A stretch of 32,000 nucleotides of DNA from Mycobacterium tuberculosis H37Rv (GCF_000195955.2 NC_000962.3:3090001-3122000), one strand, 5' to 3'; counted from the stretch's first letter, positions 10,202-20,166 are shown. Notes: generated from the letters alone by a model not told the origin. Made by a program: numbers and translations.

Positions 10202-11581
10202 TCACGCGACTTGCACCCCGTCTCGGGGTTGTTCGGCAGCCTTGCGGCTGCTTCCCTTCCGCGCTTCACGGCCACCAGCCCGGCCAGGCCGGGTCTTACG
10301 GTCGGCTCCACGCTTGACGGCGGCCCCAACTGGGCCGACGACGCTACTGGTGTCCTCGTAGCGTGCGAGGTTGATCGCTGCGCAGTCATCACGCTGATGC
10401 GATGCCGAGCACGAATCGCATTGCCAGTGCTCGGCCCATCCGATCTCTTGGACATGCCCGCAGACGTGGCAGGTTTTCGACGATGGGAACCAGCGGTCAG
10501 CGACCACTAGTTGTGACCCGTACCAGCCTGTCTTGTAGGACAGGTGGCGGCGCGGGGTGCCCAGGGCCGCGTCGGAGAGTCCGCGCCGGCGAGCGCGGGC
10601 ACCCGAGAGGCCCTGTTGCCGCAGCATCCCTGCCGCGTCCAGGCCTTCGACAACGATGCGGCCGTGGGTCTTAGCCAAATGCGTTGTCAGACAGTGCAGG
10701 TGGTGGGTGCGAACATCGTTGACCCGGCGGTGCAGCCGGGATATTTCGGTGGTGCGCTCACGGTAGCGACGTGAGCCTTTCGTGCAGCGCGACCGTGCCC
10801 GGCAGACATGCCGTAGCTCGTTGAGTGCCGCGTCGAGTGGCCGTGGATTCGGCACTCGTTCGAGCACCGCGCCGTCGGCGGTGGCGACCGTGGCCAGGCG
10901 GCGCACCCCGACATCAACGCCGACCCGTGAACCGGGGTCGGTCACCTTCGGTTGCTGCGGGCGCTGCACGAGGACCCGCACACTCGCATCGATCCGGGTC
11001 CCGTTACGGCGCACCGTGATCGCGAGCACCCGCGACCGGCCTTTGGCGATGAGCCGCTCAACCCGGCGCGTGTTCTCGTGGGTGCGGACGGTCCCGATGA
11101 CCGGCAGCGTGAGGTGGCGCCGGTCGGGCTCGACGCGCATCGCTCCGGTCGTGAACGTCACCCGGTCTGGGTCGCGTCCCTTCTTCTTAAACCGGGGAAA
11201 GCCCATCCTTTTGCCATCACGTTTGCCTGATCGCGAGTTCTGCCAGTTCCAGTACGCGTCGACCGCGCCGTCAATACCGTCGGCGTAGGCCTCCTTCGAG
11301 CACTCCGGCCACCACACAACACCGGTCTCGATGTTGACGCACACGTCGTTCTTGACGGTGTTCCAGCGCTTCCGCAACACCCGCAGCGACGGCTTTGCCG
11401 TCTGGATCCCGGTCGCCTGCCAGGCGTCGATATCGGCTTTCAGGGTGGCGACGGTCCAGTTGTAGGCCTTGCGGCGGGCACCGAAATGCCGTGCCAACGC
11501 GCGGGCCTGCTCGGCGGTCGGATCGAGCGTGAACCGGAAAGCCTGAACCATCCAGCCCTCAGGAATCTCGAATTTCGCCAT
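10202..11581 (-). CDS. tnpB: TnpB-family RNA-guided nuclease / transposon protein, 459 aa
   Basis: Ruv[16 protein letters not shown], Ruv[16 protein letters not shown], zinc ribbon CHVCGH...CDSC, Ruv[16 protein letters not shown]. The reverse complement of 10202-10249 reads ...[12 protein letters not shown], which confirms the minus strand. Confidence 0.93.
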   Translation of the reverse strand: MAKFEIPEGWMVQAFRFTLDPTAEQARALARHFGARRKAYNWTVATLKADIDAWQATGIQTAKPSLRVLRKRWNTVKNDVCVNIETGVVWWPECSKEAYADGIDGAVDAYWNWQNSRSGKRDGKRMGFPRFKKKGRDPDRVTFTTGAMRVEPDRRHLTLPVIGTVRTHENTRRVERLIAKGRSRVLAITVRRNGTRIDASVRVLVQRPQQPKVTDPGSRVGVDVGVRRLATVATADGAVLERVPNPRPLDAALNELRHVCRARSRCTKGSRRYRERTTEISRLHRRVNDVRTHHLHCLTTHLAKTHGRIVVEGLDAAGMLRQQGLSGARARRRGLSDAALGTPRRHLSYKTGWYGSQLVVADRWFPSSKTCHVCGHVQEIGWAEHWQCDSCSASHQRDDCAAINLARYEDTSSVVGPVGAAVKRGADRKTRPGRAGGREARKGSSRKAAEQPRDGVQVA

Positions 11582-12162
11582 CAGGCAGCCTCCGACTCTT
11601 CGGCGGCGGCCGCCAATGCGCGCTTGGCCCGGTTCTGCGCAGCGCGCTTGCCGTACAGCCGGGCGCACATCGAGGTCAAGATCTCGGTCATGTCCCGTAC
11701 CAGGTCGTCATCAACCTCGGCCGAGTCGACCACGACCAGCTCGCGGCCTTGGGCGGCCAGCGCCGCTTCGACGTACTCAGAGCCGAACCGGCAGAACCGG
11801 TCTCGGTGTTCCACCACGATCCGCTTCACCGATGGGTCACGCAGCAGCGCAAGAAACTTTCGGCGGTGCCCGTTCAGCGCCGAACCGACCTCGGTCACGA
11901 CCTTGTCGACCGCGATCTGCTCGGTCGTGGCCCAGGCGGTCACCCGCGCCACCTGCCGATCCAGGTCCGGCTTCTGATCCGCTGACGACACTCGCGCATA
12001 CACGGCCGTCCGCGCCCGGCGGGATCTATCGGCCGGCTGGTCGTCCACGAGAATCAGCCGCCCGGCCTTCCGCGCCGGCACCGGCAACAACCCCGCATGA
12101 AACCAGCGATACGCAGTCACCCGCGCAACACCGTTGCGCTCAGCCCACACCGCCAGATTCAT
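11581..12162 (-). CDS. tnpA: IS607-type serine recombinase, 193 aa
   Basis: N-terminal MerR-like helix-turn-helix MNLAVWAERNGVARVTAYRWFHAGLLPVPARK, then TAVYARVSSADQKPDLDRQVARV with the catalytic serine. Confidence 0.93.
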   Translation of the reverse strand: MNLAVWAERNGVARVTAYRWFHAGLLPVPARKAGRLILVDDQPADRSRRARTAVYARVSSADQKPDLDRQVARVTAWATTEQIAVDKVVTEVGSALNGHRRKFLALLRDPSVKRIVVEHRDRFCRFGSEYVEAALAAQGRELVVVDSAEVDDDLVRDMTEILTSMCARLYGKRAAQNRAKRALAAAAEESEAA

Positions 12163-12363
12163 ACTGTTGTTCCTACAGCACGCCACTGACAACTACCGAC
12201 CACTCAGACCGCAACAGCTGACAGCCCCTTCCGAATTGAACAGCGGCCCATCGCCGTGCGACGTAGGCCGTGTAGCCCAGTGTGCCACCGTTGCCGTCCC
12301 GGACCGCATCCCCCTACATTGAGGCCAGGCTCCAACCGAATCGCCCGGCTCCTCCTCACCCCG

Positions 12364-13260
12364 CTACCCGGGGTGCATCGTCGCCGGGCGGAGCACCGCC
12401 ACCGACCTGGTCCGCGAACCCTCGTCACGCAGCAGCGCGATAACCCGGCCGTCGGCGTCACAGGCCGCGTACACGCCGTCGATACCGACCGCCGGCAGGG
12501 ACCGGCCGTTGGCGGCCGCGCTGGCCTCCGCGGCGGTCAGGTCGCGGCGCGCAAACATCAGCAGGCAGGCCTCATCGAGGCTCAGGCTCAGCGCGGGGCG
12601 CTCCGCGAGATCGTCGAGCGATCTCGCCTGGTCCAGCTCGAAGCGGCCGACGCGGGTGCGCCGCAACGCCGTCACATGGCCTCCCACCCCAAGCGCGTCG
12701 CCGAGGTCGCGTGCCAACGCGCGGATGTAGGTTCCCGAGGAGCAGTCGATCTCCACATCGATATCGATGAGCTGGTCGCGCCGGCGTGCGGCCAGCAGCT
12801 CGAACCGGTCGATGCGGATCGGCCGGGCTTCCAATTGCACGGAGCGCCCCTGGCGGGCCAACCGATAGGCGCGTCGGCCACCGACCTTGATCGCGCTGAC
12901 CGACGACGGCACCTGCCGGATCTCACCGCGCAGCCGCTCCATCGCGGCGTCGATCGCCTCGATGGTCAGGTGCTTAGCCGGAACCGACTGCAGCACTTGA
13001 CCTTCGGCGTCCTCGGTGGAAGTGGTCTGACCCAAGCGGATGGTGGCGGCATACGACTTGGGGGCCGCCGTCAGCAGACCGAGGATCTTGGTGGCGCGTT
13101 CGATGCCGATCACCAACACCCCGGTGGCCATCGGGTCCAGGGTGCCCGCGTGGCCGACCCGCCGGGTGGCGAAGATGCGGCGGCACCGCCCCACCACGTC
13201 ATGGCTGGTCATTCCCGCGGGCTTGTCGATAACCACGATTCCGGGGCCGGTTGCGCTCAT
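12364..13260 (-). CDS. truB: tRNA pseudouridine synthase B, 298 aa
   Basis: [54 protein letters not shown] is the TruB catalytic motif region. Confidence 0.97.
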
Positions 13261-13940
13261 AGCACGATCGCGGTCAGCACCAGTCCGCGCTCAACCGACC
13301 AGCGTCCCCGCAGCGTTGTCAGCGGCGGACCCGACAGGGTGGACCCGTCGATGAGGATACGGGAGACGAAGCGACCCGTCCAGCCGGTGCTATCGGTTTC
13401 GAACGTGATGTGCGCGTCCTCGAAACCCAGCCACCTCTTGGTCAGCGGAAACCACGCCTTGTACGTTGCTTCCTTGGCGCAGAACAGGATTCGATCCCAA
13501 TGCAACGCCGCTGGCATGGTGCGGGGCATGTCGGCGCGCTCGGCCGGCAGGCTGATCGCATCCAGCACACCATTGGGCAACACGTCGTGCGGTTCGGCGT
13601 CGATGCCCACGGAACGCACCGCATCCCTGCGTCCGACAACCGCGCCGCGGTAACCGGCGCAGTGGGTGAGGCTACCGACCATGCCGTCGGGCCAGCACGG
13701 TTCGCCCTTGTCGCCCTTGAGGATCGGCGCCGGCGGCACACCGAGCTGGTCCAGCGCGATGCGGGCGCAGTGACGCACGGTGATGAATTCGTTGCGCCGC
13801 TTGGCAACCGATCGTGCGATCAACGGCGCCTCCTCGGGCAGCGGGGTGAGACCGGGTGGGTCGGAGTACAACTCGGCATACGCCAAATCCTCGAACACGG
13901 TCGCCGGCAACACCGACGCCACCAGCGTGCCTACCGTCAT
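13257..13940 (-). CDS. pptT: Sfp-type 4'-phosphopantetheinyl transferase, 227 aa
   Basis: [25 protein letters not shown]...[11 protein letters not shown]...[25 protein letters not shown]. Start placed at ATG 13940; overlaps truB by 4 nt. Confidence 0.95.
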
Positions 13941-14911
13941 CGAGACTGCCGTTGCCGCAATCGTTCCCGGAACTGGGCGGCCTGGGTTCGCATCTCGGGC
14001 GTGATCACGAAGTGACCGCCGAAGTCGTTGAGGTAGCCGGGCGCGTATTGGGGATCCGGCAGCACCTGCCGCAGCCAGGAGTAGGGCTTGCGCCGGCGCC
14101 ACTCCCGCGGGTAACCCACCGACACCTCCTCGAACCGCACACCGTCATACCAGGTGGTGCGGGGAATGTGTAAGTGTCCGTAGACCGAACACACGGCGTT
14201 GTAGCGGGTGTGCCAGTCGGCGGTCTTGGTGGTTCCGCACCACAGCGAGAATTCCGGGTAGAACAGCGCGTCGCAGGGCTGTCGCAGCAGCGGAAAGTGG
14301 TTGACCAGCACGGTCGGTTGCATCCAGTCGAGCTGTTCGAGACGGGCCCGGGTGGCCGCGACCCGCTCGTGGCACCAGGCGTCGCGGGTGGGGTACGGCT
14401 CGGGTGAGAGCAGGAACTCGTCGGTGGCCACGACGTTGCGTTCCTTCGCGATGGCCACACCTTCGGCCTTGCTGTTTGCCCCCTCCGGCAAAAAGCTGTA
14501 GTCGTAGAGCAGAAACATCGGCACGATGGTGGCCGGGCCGCCTCGTTCGGTCCATACCGGGAACGGATGCTCGGGTGTGACGACGCCCATCTCGTCGCAC
14601 ATGTTGACCAGATAGTCATAGCGTGCGCGGCCGAAGATCTGCATCGGGTCGCGGTTGGTGGTCCACAGCTCGTGGTTGCCCGGCACCCAGATCACCTTCG
14701 CGAACCGCCGCCGCAGCAGGTCCAGCGACCAGCGGATCTCGTCGGTGCGTTCGGCGACGTCGCCGGCGACGATCAGCCAGTCGTCCGGCGAGGACGGGTA
14801 CAGCGATTCGGCGACGGGTTTGTTGCCGAGGTGACCGGTGTGCAGGTCGGAGATCGCCCACAGCGTCGGCTCGGCGCCGACGGTCTCCTGCCCCGATCCT
14901 TTCCAGGTCAC
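13937..14911 (-). CDS. pptH: Metallophosphoesterase, phosphopantetheinyl hydrolase PptH (Rv2795c-like), 324 aa
   Basis: ISDLHTGHLGN, VAGDVAE, WVPGNHELW, VNHFPL, VCSVYGHLHIPRT metallophosphatase motifs; overlaps the pptT start by 4 nt. Confidence 0.92.
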   Translation of the reverse strand: MTWKGSGQETVGAEPTLWAISDLHTGHLGNKPVAESLYPSSPDDWLIVAGDVAERTDEIRWSLDLLRRRFAKVIWVPGNHELWTTNRDPMQIFGRARYDYLVNMCDEMGVVTPEHPFPVWTERGGPATIVPMFLLYDYSFLPEGANSKAEGVAIAKERNVVATDEFLLSPEPYPTRDAWCHERVAATRARLEQLDWMQPTVLVNHFPLLRQPCDALFYPEFSLWCGTTKTADWHTRYNAVCSVYGHLHIPRTTWYDGVRFEEVSVGYPREWRRRKPYSWLRQVLPDPQYAPGYLNDFGGHFVITPEMRTQAAQFRERLRQRQSR

Positions 14912-14980
14912 GACTTACCACCCTAACGACCCGGCGAAGTGGGAACGAAATCCAGCCAGTTCGACCAACCGCTACGGCGT

Positions 14981-15036
14981 GAGCAGACGCAAAAGCCCCC
15001 ATTTCGGGCCCGAAATGGGGGCTTTTGCGTCTGCTC
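14981..15036. terminator. 56-bp perfect palindrome, putative terminator downstream of lppV
   Basis: GAGCAGACGCAAAAGCCCCCATTTCGGG is followed immediately by its exact reverse complement CCCGAAATGGGGGCTTTTGCGTCTGCTC, in the lppV/pptH intergenic region. Confidence 0.7.
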
Positions 15037-15055
15037 GGCCAACCTAGCCCAACTG

Positions 15056-15622
15056 CTACGGGGTCGGCGAGGGTTTTGGGGTGTCGGTCCGGCTGATCCG
15101 GCAGTCCGACTGTGCGGTGAGGACCGCCGCCTTCTGGGTCGAGCATTTGAACTCGACGCCGCCATGACCGGCGAAGTACACGTCGTGGTCGGCCGGCTTG
15201 TTCTTCATCACCCCAAAGCCGGTGGCACCGAACTGTTCGACACCGTCCTTGACGATCTGCACGGCCTGCAGCCACTTGTCGTCGGGGATCGGTCCACTGA
15301 AAACGATCATGAAATACGCCGCTTTGGCCCTGGTCCATTCATACTCACCACCGCAGCCGGTCCAGGTGTCCATATCCGTTCGCCACGTCAGGCCGGGCAC
15401 CAGGGCCGTGATGGCGTTGGCCAGCTGGGTCACCGCCGCCCGGTACTGGTCCTTGGCGTCCTCCAGCGGGGGCTTGGCGCGCAACGGGTTCTCCAGCTCG
15501 GCGACCTTCTCCGGGCTCAACGGCCCCTCCTCGCCGGCCCGCGTCCCGTGGCCACTGGGTCCGCACCCAGTCGCCATCACACACACCAGAGCCAGCAGCC
15601 ACGCCGTCGGCCACCGCATCAA
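15056..15622 (-). CDS. lppV: Probable lipoprotein LppV (LppA-like)
   Basis: Lipobox MRWPTAWLLALVCVMATGCGPSG; overlaps the Rv2797c-like stop by 4 nt. Confidence 0.88.
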   Translation of the reverse strand: MMRWPTAWLLALVCVMATGCGPSGHGTRAGEEGPLSPEKVAELENPLRAKPPLEDAKDQYRAAVTQLANAITALVPGLTWRTDMDTWTGCGGEYEWTRAKAAYFMIVFSGPIPDDKWLQAVQIVKDGVEQFGATGFGVMKNKPADHDVYFAGHGGVEFKCSTQKAAVLTAQSDCRISRTDTPKPSPTP

Positions 15623-17307
15623 CGTCCCCCTCTCAGTGCTGGGCCGGGCGCTGCCGGCATGCCGCCACCCAGAATTGGCGGAAGCAGCGGCGGGCCCACC
15701 GTGTTGTCGGGCAGCCCGGCGGCGATCGCCGCCAGGTTATAGCCGGACATCCGCAGCTGCGGCTGGCCGGCGGCATCGAGGAAGGACCGCGGGTAGTCCC
15801 CGTGGGCATACACTCCGTCACGCCAGATCCCGCCCGGATCAAAACCCGCCTGTGACGACAGCTCCGTGAACCCGGGGGTCAGATAGGGGTCCAGGCCCCA
15901 TCCGTGCAGCGGCGCCAACGGCGCCACCAGATTGGTGATGAGGTCGTGGGGGGCCTGCATGACATAAGCGTGCCCGTGATCGAGCCCGAGCTGCGCCGGG
16001 CTGTACAGCTCCAAGCCGGGTGAGCCGTAAAACACGACGTCGTTGACCGGATGGGCGCTCTGGGCATCGAGGTCCTGCAACGCCAGCGACGCCGTCAGCG
16101 ACCCATACGAGTGCCCCAACACGGTCAGGTGGCCACTGGGGTTATTGGCGCGCACCTGCTGCAAATACCGCGACAGATCGGCCGCGCCCGCGTGTGCCTG
16201 CCCATCGGTCATGGTCTGCCACAGATCGCCCGCACTGCCGGTGTCGAGTGGGTTCGGGGGCGGGTGGTAGCCCATCCAGGCGATGGTGGCAACCGATGCG
16301 GGCTTGCCGGCAGCATTGAGTTGCCGGATTACCTCCGACCGCAGGTCGCGGGCTTCGGTCACCATGCCGGGCAGGGCGCCCCGGGTGGTGGACCCGACGC
16401 CGGGAACCGTCACCGACACATTGGCGGCGGTGTCGGGATTACCGACGGCCACGGCCGCCAGCACCTGCTGATTTGGGTCCTCGGGAATCTGCAGCTGGGT
16501 CAGGTAGGTCTCGGGTGCTCGGCTCAACGCCTCGTCGACGGCATCGAGCTCACCCAGCCGGCCCCTGGCGGCGCTCAGCTCGTCGGTAAGCGCTGCCAGT
16601 CGGCCCACCGCGTCACCGTCGAGGATGCCGTTGTGGTAGTCACGGGCGGCCCGCACACTCAGTTGGTCATACTCCGCCTGTAACCGCTCGAGGTGGGCCT
16701 GCAGGCGGGCGCGCTCCTCGCGCAGCCGCTCCTCGTTGGCATCGCTGGCGAGCTGGGTCGGGGTCAGCCCCTCGGGACCGACCGGCGGGCCGGAATCGGC
16801 CGGGATGGGCGCGTCACCGTCGGCCATATTGACCGCTGAGGCCAGCTCCTCGTCGACGGCATTGGCCTCGGCCATAATCGCATCCAGCTCCGCCTGCAGC
16901 TCCGTTTGCTTGGCCAGCGTCCGCGCCCACTGCGCCTCGGTGGATCGCAGCCCGGGGATCGGCACCACCCGGTTGATCAGCGCATCGATCGTCAGCTCGG
17001 CGGCCGCGGCGGCATGGCGTAGTGCGGCCAGCTCGGACTGAACCTTCACAATCCCGTCGGCGGCCCTGTCGGCCGCCCGGGCAACCGCCAACGCCTCGTT
17101 GCCGTGGGCGTCGAGGTCTCGGCGAATGCCCGCGTTGTGGTGTGCCGCCGCCTCAGCGGTCTTGCCACCCGAGTTCGCAAAAATCGACAGCGCGGCCAAC
17201 TGACGCGACGCCTCGAACGTCACCTCCGCTCGGGCACTGGCCGCGTGAAACACCTCCCGGACCGCTTGCGCGTTCCACCGATCGATATCGGCCACGGTCA
17301 GTGGCAC
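15619..17307 (-). CDS. Large secreted-type protein with C-terminal alpha/beta hydrolase domain (DUF1023-like), 562 aa (Rv2797c-like)
   Basis: Helical N-terminus (VEFEASRQLAALSIFANSGGKTAEAAAHHNAGIRRDLDAHGNEA), then ...VATIAWMGYHPP...HLTVLGHSYGSLTASLALQD (GxSxG)...VFYGSPGLE. Confidence 0.82.
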   Translation of the reverse strand: MPLTVADIDRWNAQAVREVFHAASARAEVTFEASRQLAALSIFANSGGKTAEAAAHHNAGIRRDLDAHGNEALAVARAADRAADGIVKVQSELAALRHAAAAAELTIDALINRVVPIPGLRSTEAQWARTLAKQTELQAELDAIMAEANAVDEELASAVNMADGDAPIPADSGPPVGPEGLTPTQLASDANEERLREERARLQAHLERLQAEYDQLSVRAARDYHNGILDGDAVGRLAALTDELSAARGRLGELDAVDEALSRAPETYLTQLQIPEDPNQQVLAAVAVGNPDTAANVSVTVPGVGSTTRGALPGMVTEARDLRSEVIRQLNAAGKPASVATIAWMGYHPPPNPLDTGSAGDLWQTMTDGQAHAGAADLSRYLQQVRANNPSGHLTVLGHSYGSLTASLALQDLDAQSAHPVNDVVFYGSPGLELYSPAQLGLDHGHAYVMQAPHDLITNLVAPLAPLHGWGLDPYLTPGFTELSSQAGFDPGGIWRDGVYAHGDYPRSFLDAAGQPQLRMSGYNLAAIAAGLPDNTVGPPLLPPILGGGMPAAPGPALRGGR

Positions 17308-17310
17308 GAA

Positions 17311-17658
17311 TCACACCCCACGCGGACCAGCTACGACGTCGGCGGAAACACCCACCTGGGCGAGCGCCTGCGCCCGCTCCGCCTCCGCCGCCGCATGCTG
17401 GATAGCGGCCTCCTGCAGCCCGAATGCGTGATCACCGATCCTGGTCAGCAGCGCCCTCGACGCGTCCAACCAGTCGTCCATCTTGGCGTTGAGCGCCATC
17501 GCCGAGGCGCCCTGCCAGCCGAACTGGGCGGCCTGCATCCGATAGTCCGACGACAAATGTCCGACGGCCAGACCCTCACCCTGCGTGGTCACCTGCGCCG
17601 CCGAGTGCATCCACTGCTCCGGACTGATCTGAAACACCCGTTGCTTCCTTGCGTCCAT
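17311..17658 (-). CDS. Small WXG-like helical protein (Rv2798c-like), about 108-115 aa
   Basis: ...HLSSDYRMQAAQFGWQGASAMALNAKMDDWLDASRALLTRIGDHAFGLQEAAIQH contains a WQG turn; 3-nt gap before the hydrolase gene. The start may be the GTG giving 108 aa. Confidence 0.75.
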   Translation of the reverse strand: MDARKQRVFQISPEQWMHSAAQVTTQGEGLAVGHLSSDYRMQAAQFGWQGASAMALNAKMDDWLDASRALLTRIGDHAFGLQEAAIQHAAAEAERAQALAQVGVSADVVAGPRGV

Positions 17659-17767
17659 CGAAGTGCATCACATTATGCGTCAGCGGGAACTACCGCAGAA
17701 TTCACCGCATCAAAGGTGGCCCGGGTTAGAACAAGTTCTCGTTTGACTGTGACGACGCGGAGCCGAC

Positions 17768-18397
17768 TTGTACACTCCCGGCAAGGGACCGCCGAGGGCA
17801 GGGGGTGTCGTGTTCACCAGGGTGCGGCTGATCGGAGGGCTCGGTGCGCTGACGGCAGCGGTGGTGGTGGTGGGCACGGTGGGCTGGCAGGGCATCCCCC
17901 CAGCGCCGACCGGCGGCGACGCGGTCCAGCTGCGATCGACCGCGGCGCCCATGTCCACCACGATGAAGAGCCCGATCGTGGCGACCACCGACCCCAGCCC
18001 GTTTGACCCGTGCCGAGACATCCCGTTCGACGTCATCCAGCGGCTCGGATTGGCCTACACGCCACCGGAAGCCGAGGAGGGGCTGCGCTGCCACTTCGAC
18101 GCGGGTAACTATCAGATGGCCGTCGAGCCGATCATCTGGCGCACCTACGCCCAGACCCTGCCCCCCGACGCGATCGAGACCACGATCGCCGGCCACCGCG
18201 CCGCGCAGTACTGGGTGCGGAAGCCGACGTATCACAACAGCTTCTGGTACTCCTCTTGCATGGTGACCTTCAAGACCAGCTACGGGGTGATCCAGCAGTC
18301 GCTGTTCTACTCGACCGTCTACTCCGAGCCCGACGTGGACTGCCCGTCGACCAACCTGCAGCGGGCAAACGACCTCGTCCCCTACTACAGGTTTTAG
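17768..18397 (+). CDS. Membrane-anchored exported protein, DUF3558-like (Rv2799-like), 209 aa
   Basis: N-terminal hydrophobic helix LIGGLGALTAAVVVVGTVGW; DPCRDIPFDVIQRLGL...GLRCHFDAGNY. Confidence 0.75.
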   Translation: MYTPGKGPPRAGGVVFTRVRLIGGLGALTAAVVVVGTVGWQGIPPAPTGGDAVQLRSTAAPMSTTMKSPIVATTDPSPFDPCRDIPFDVIQRLGLAYTPPEAEEGLRCHFDAGNYQMAVEPIIWRTYAQTLPPDAIETTIAGHRAAQYWVRKPTYHNSFWYSSCMVTFKTSYGVIQQSLFYSTVYSEPDVDCPSTNLQRANDLVPYYRF

Positions 18398-18415
18398 GTC
18401 CCTACCCTGGGCGTC

Positions 18416-20065
18416 GTGAGTACCACCTCCGCTCGGCCCGAGCGGCCCAAGCTGCGCGCCCTGACCGGACGAGTCGGTGGGCAGGCCCTGGGCGGACTGT
18501 TGGGTCTGCCCCGCGCAACCACCCGCTACACCGTCGGTCACGTCCGAGTCCCGATGCGCGACGGCGTCCAGCTGGTGGCCGACCACTACGCACCCGCCAC
18601 GTCGCAGCCCGTCGGCACCCTGCTGGTGCGTGGGCCATACGGGCGCCGGTTTCCGTTTTCGCTGGTGTTTGCCAGGATTTACGCCGCCCGCGGTTATCAC
18701 GTCGTGCTGCAGAGCGTGCGCGGGACGTTCGGGTCCGGTGGCGTGTTCGAGCCCATGGTCAACGAGGCCGCCGACGGCGCCGATACGGTGGCGTGGCTGC
18801 GTGAACAGCCCTGGTTCACCGGCCGGTTCGGCACCATCGGCCTGCCCTATCTGGGTTTCACCCAGTGGGCGTTGCTGCACGATCCGCCCCCGGAGCTGGC
18901 CGCGGCCGTGATCACGGTGGGGCCGCACGACTTCCGGGCCTCGGTGTGGGGCACCGGATCGTTTACGGTCAACGACTTCCTGGGCTGGAGCGATCTGGTT
19001 TCCCACCAGGAAGACCCCGGTCGCATCCGGGCCGGAATCCGCCAGCTCACCGCGCCGCGACGGGTGGCGCGGACGGCCGCCACGTTGCCGCTGGGTGAGT
19101 CGGCCCGGACGCTGCTCGGCACGGGTGCGCCGTGGTTCGAATCCTGGGTGGAACACACCGACCGCGACGATCCGTTCTGGGACCGACTGCGGTTTCCCGC
19201 CGCGTTGGACCGCGTCCAGGTCCCGGTGCTGCTCGTCGGCGGCTGGCAGGACATCTTCCTGCGGCAGACGCTGCAGCAGTACCGGCACCTGCGCGACCGG
19301 GGTGTGCACGTCGCGCTGACGGTCGGTCCCTGGACACACACCCAGATGCTCACCAAGGGGCTGGCCACCGGCGCTCGGGAATCGTTGGACTGGTTGGACG
19401 CCCACCTCGGCCGGGCGCCGGCGCTGCGCCCCAGCCCGGTGCGGGTCTTCGTCACCGGCCAGGGCTGGCGGCACCTGCCGGACTGGCCTCCGGCGACCAC
19501 CGAGCGGGCGTGGTACCTGCAGCCCGGTGGCCGCCTGGGTGAGAGCGCTCCGGCTTCCGGCACGCCACCGGCGACGTTTCGCTACCACCCCGCCGACCCG
19601 ACACCGACCACCGGTGGTCCGCTACTGTCATCCAACGGCGGTTACCGCGACGACAGCCGGCTGGCCACGCGCGCCGATGTGCTGTGCTTCACCGGGGCGC
19701 CCCTCACCCACGACCTCTGCGTGCACGGAAACCCCGTCGTCGAGCTGGTGCACAGCTCGGACAACCCCTACGTCGACGTGTTCGTTCGGGTCAGCGAGGT
19801 GGACGCGAAGGGCCGGTCCCGCAATGTCAGCGACGGCTACCGGCGCCTTGGTGACGCGCCGGAGCTGGTCCGCGTCGAGCTGGACGCCATCGCCCACCGA
19901 TTCCGCGCCGACTCCCGCATCCGGGTGCTGATCGCCGGTAGTTGGTTTCCCCGCTATGCGCGAAACCTCGGCACCCCGGAACCGATACTCACCGGACGGC
20001 AGCTCAAGCCGGCTACCCACGCGGTGCATTTCGGGCGCTCCCGGCTGCTGCTGCCCGTCGGCTAA
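18416..20065 (+). CDS. CocE/NonD-type (X-Pro dipeptidyl-peptidase S15-like) hydrolase, 549 aa (Rv2800-like)
   Basis: VRVPMRDGVQLVADHYAPATSQPVGTLLVRGPYGR...EQPWFTGRFGTIGLPYLGFTQWALL...LLVGGWQDIFLRQTLQQYRHL. Confidence 0.88.
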   Translation: MSTTSARPERPKLRALTGRVGGQALGGLLGLPRATTRYTVGHVRVPMRDGVQLVADHYAPATSQPVGTLLVRGPYGRRFPFSLVFARIYAARGYHVVLQSVRGTFGSGGVFEPMVNEAADGADTVAWLREQPWFTGRFGTIGLPYLGFTQWALLHDPPPELAAAVITVGPHDFRASVWGTGSFTVNDFLGWSDLVSHQEDPGRIRAGIRQLTAPRRVARTAATLPLGESARTLLGTGAPWFESWVEHTDRDDPFWDRLRFPAALDRVQVPVLLVGGWQDIFLRQTLQQYRHLRDRGVHVALTVGPWTHTQMLTKGLATGARESLDWLDAHLGRAPALRPSPVRVFVTGQGWRHLPDWPPATTERAWYLQPGGRLGESAPASGTPPATFRYHPADPTPTTGGPLLSSNGGYRDDSRLATRADVLCFTGAPLTHDLCVHGNPVVELVHSSDNPYVDVFVRVSEVDAKGRSRNVSDGYRRLGDAPELVRVELDAIAHRFRADSRIRVLIAGSWFPRYARNLGTPEPILTGRQLKPATHAVHFGRSRLLLPVG

Positions 20066-20166
20066 CGGCTGGTGGTGCGGCGGACCCGGGCGGCGACCCG
20101 GCCGATAACCCGAGCCCGTCCAGCGGCGCGTGCCCAGTGGTCTCCCCGACGCGGAACCTGCGAGAG

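Larger units (their letters stand above)
10202..12162 (-). mobile_element. IS607-family element (IS1602-like): serine recombinase TnpA + TnpB. Span covers the coding core; ends not determined
   Basis: Adjacent genes overlapping by ATGA at the tnpA stop/tnpB start (11581), in IS607 tnpA-tnpB order. No obvious terminal inverted repeats, as expected for IS607. Confidence 0.85.

Noticed and set aside
12256-13653. 465-aa plus-strand ORF opposite truB and pptT
   Set aside because: Antisense to two confidently identified enzymes; no domain signature.
17726-19588. 620-aa minus-strand ORF opposite Rv2799/Rv2800-like genes
   Set aside because: Overlaps two plausible plus-strand genes with family motifs; composition is typical of GC-rich antisense frames.
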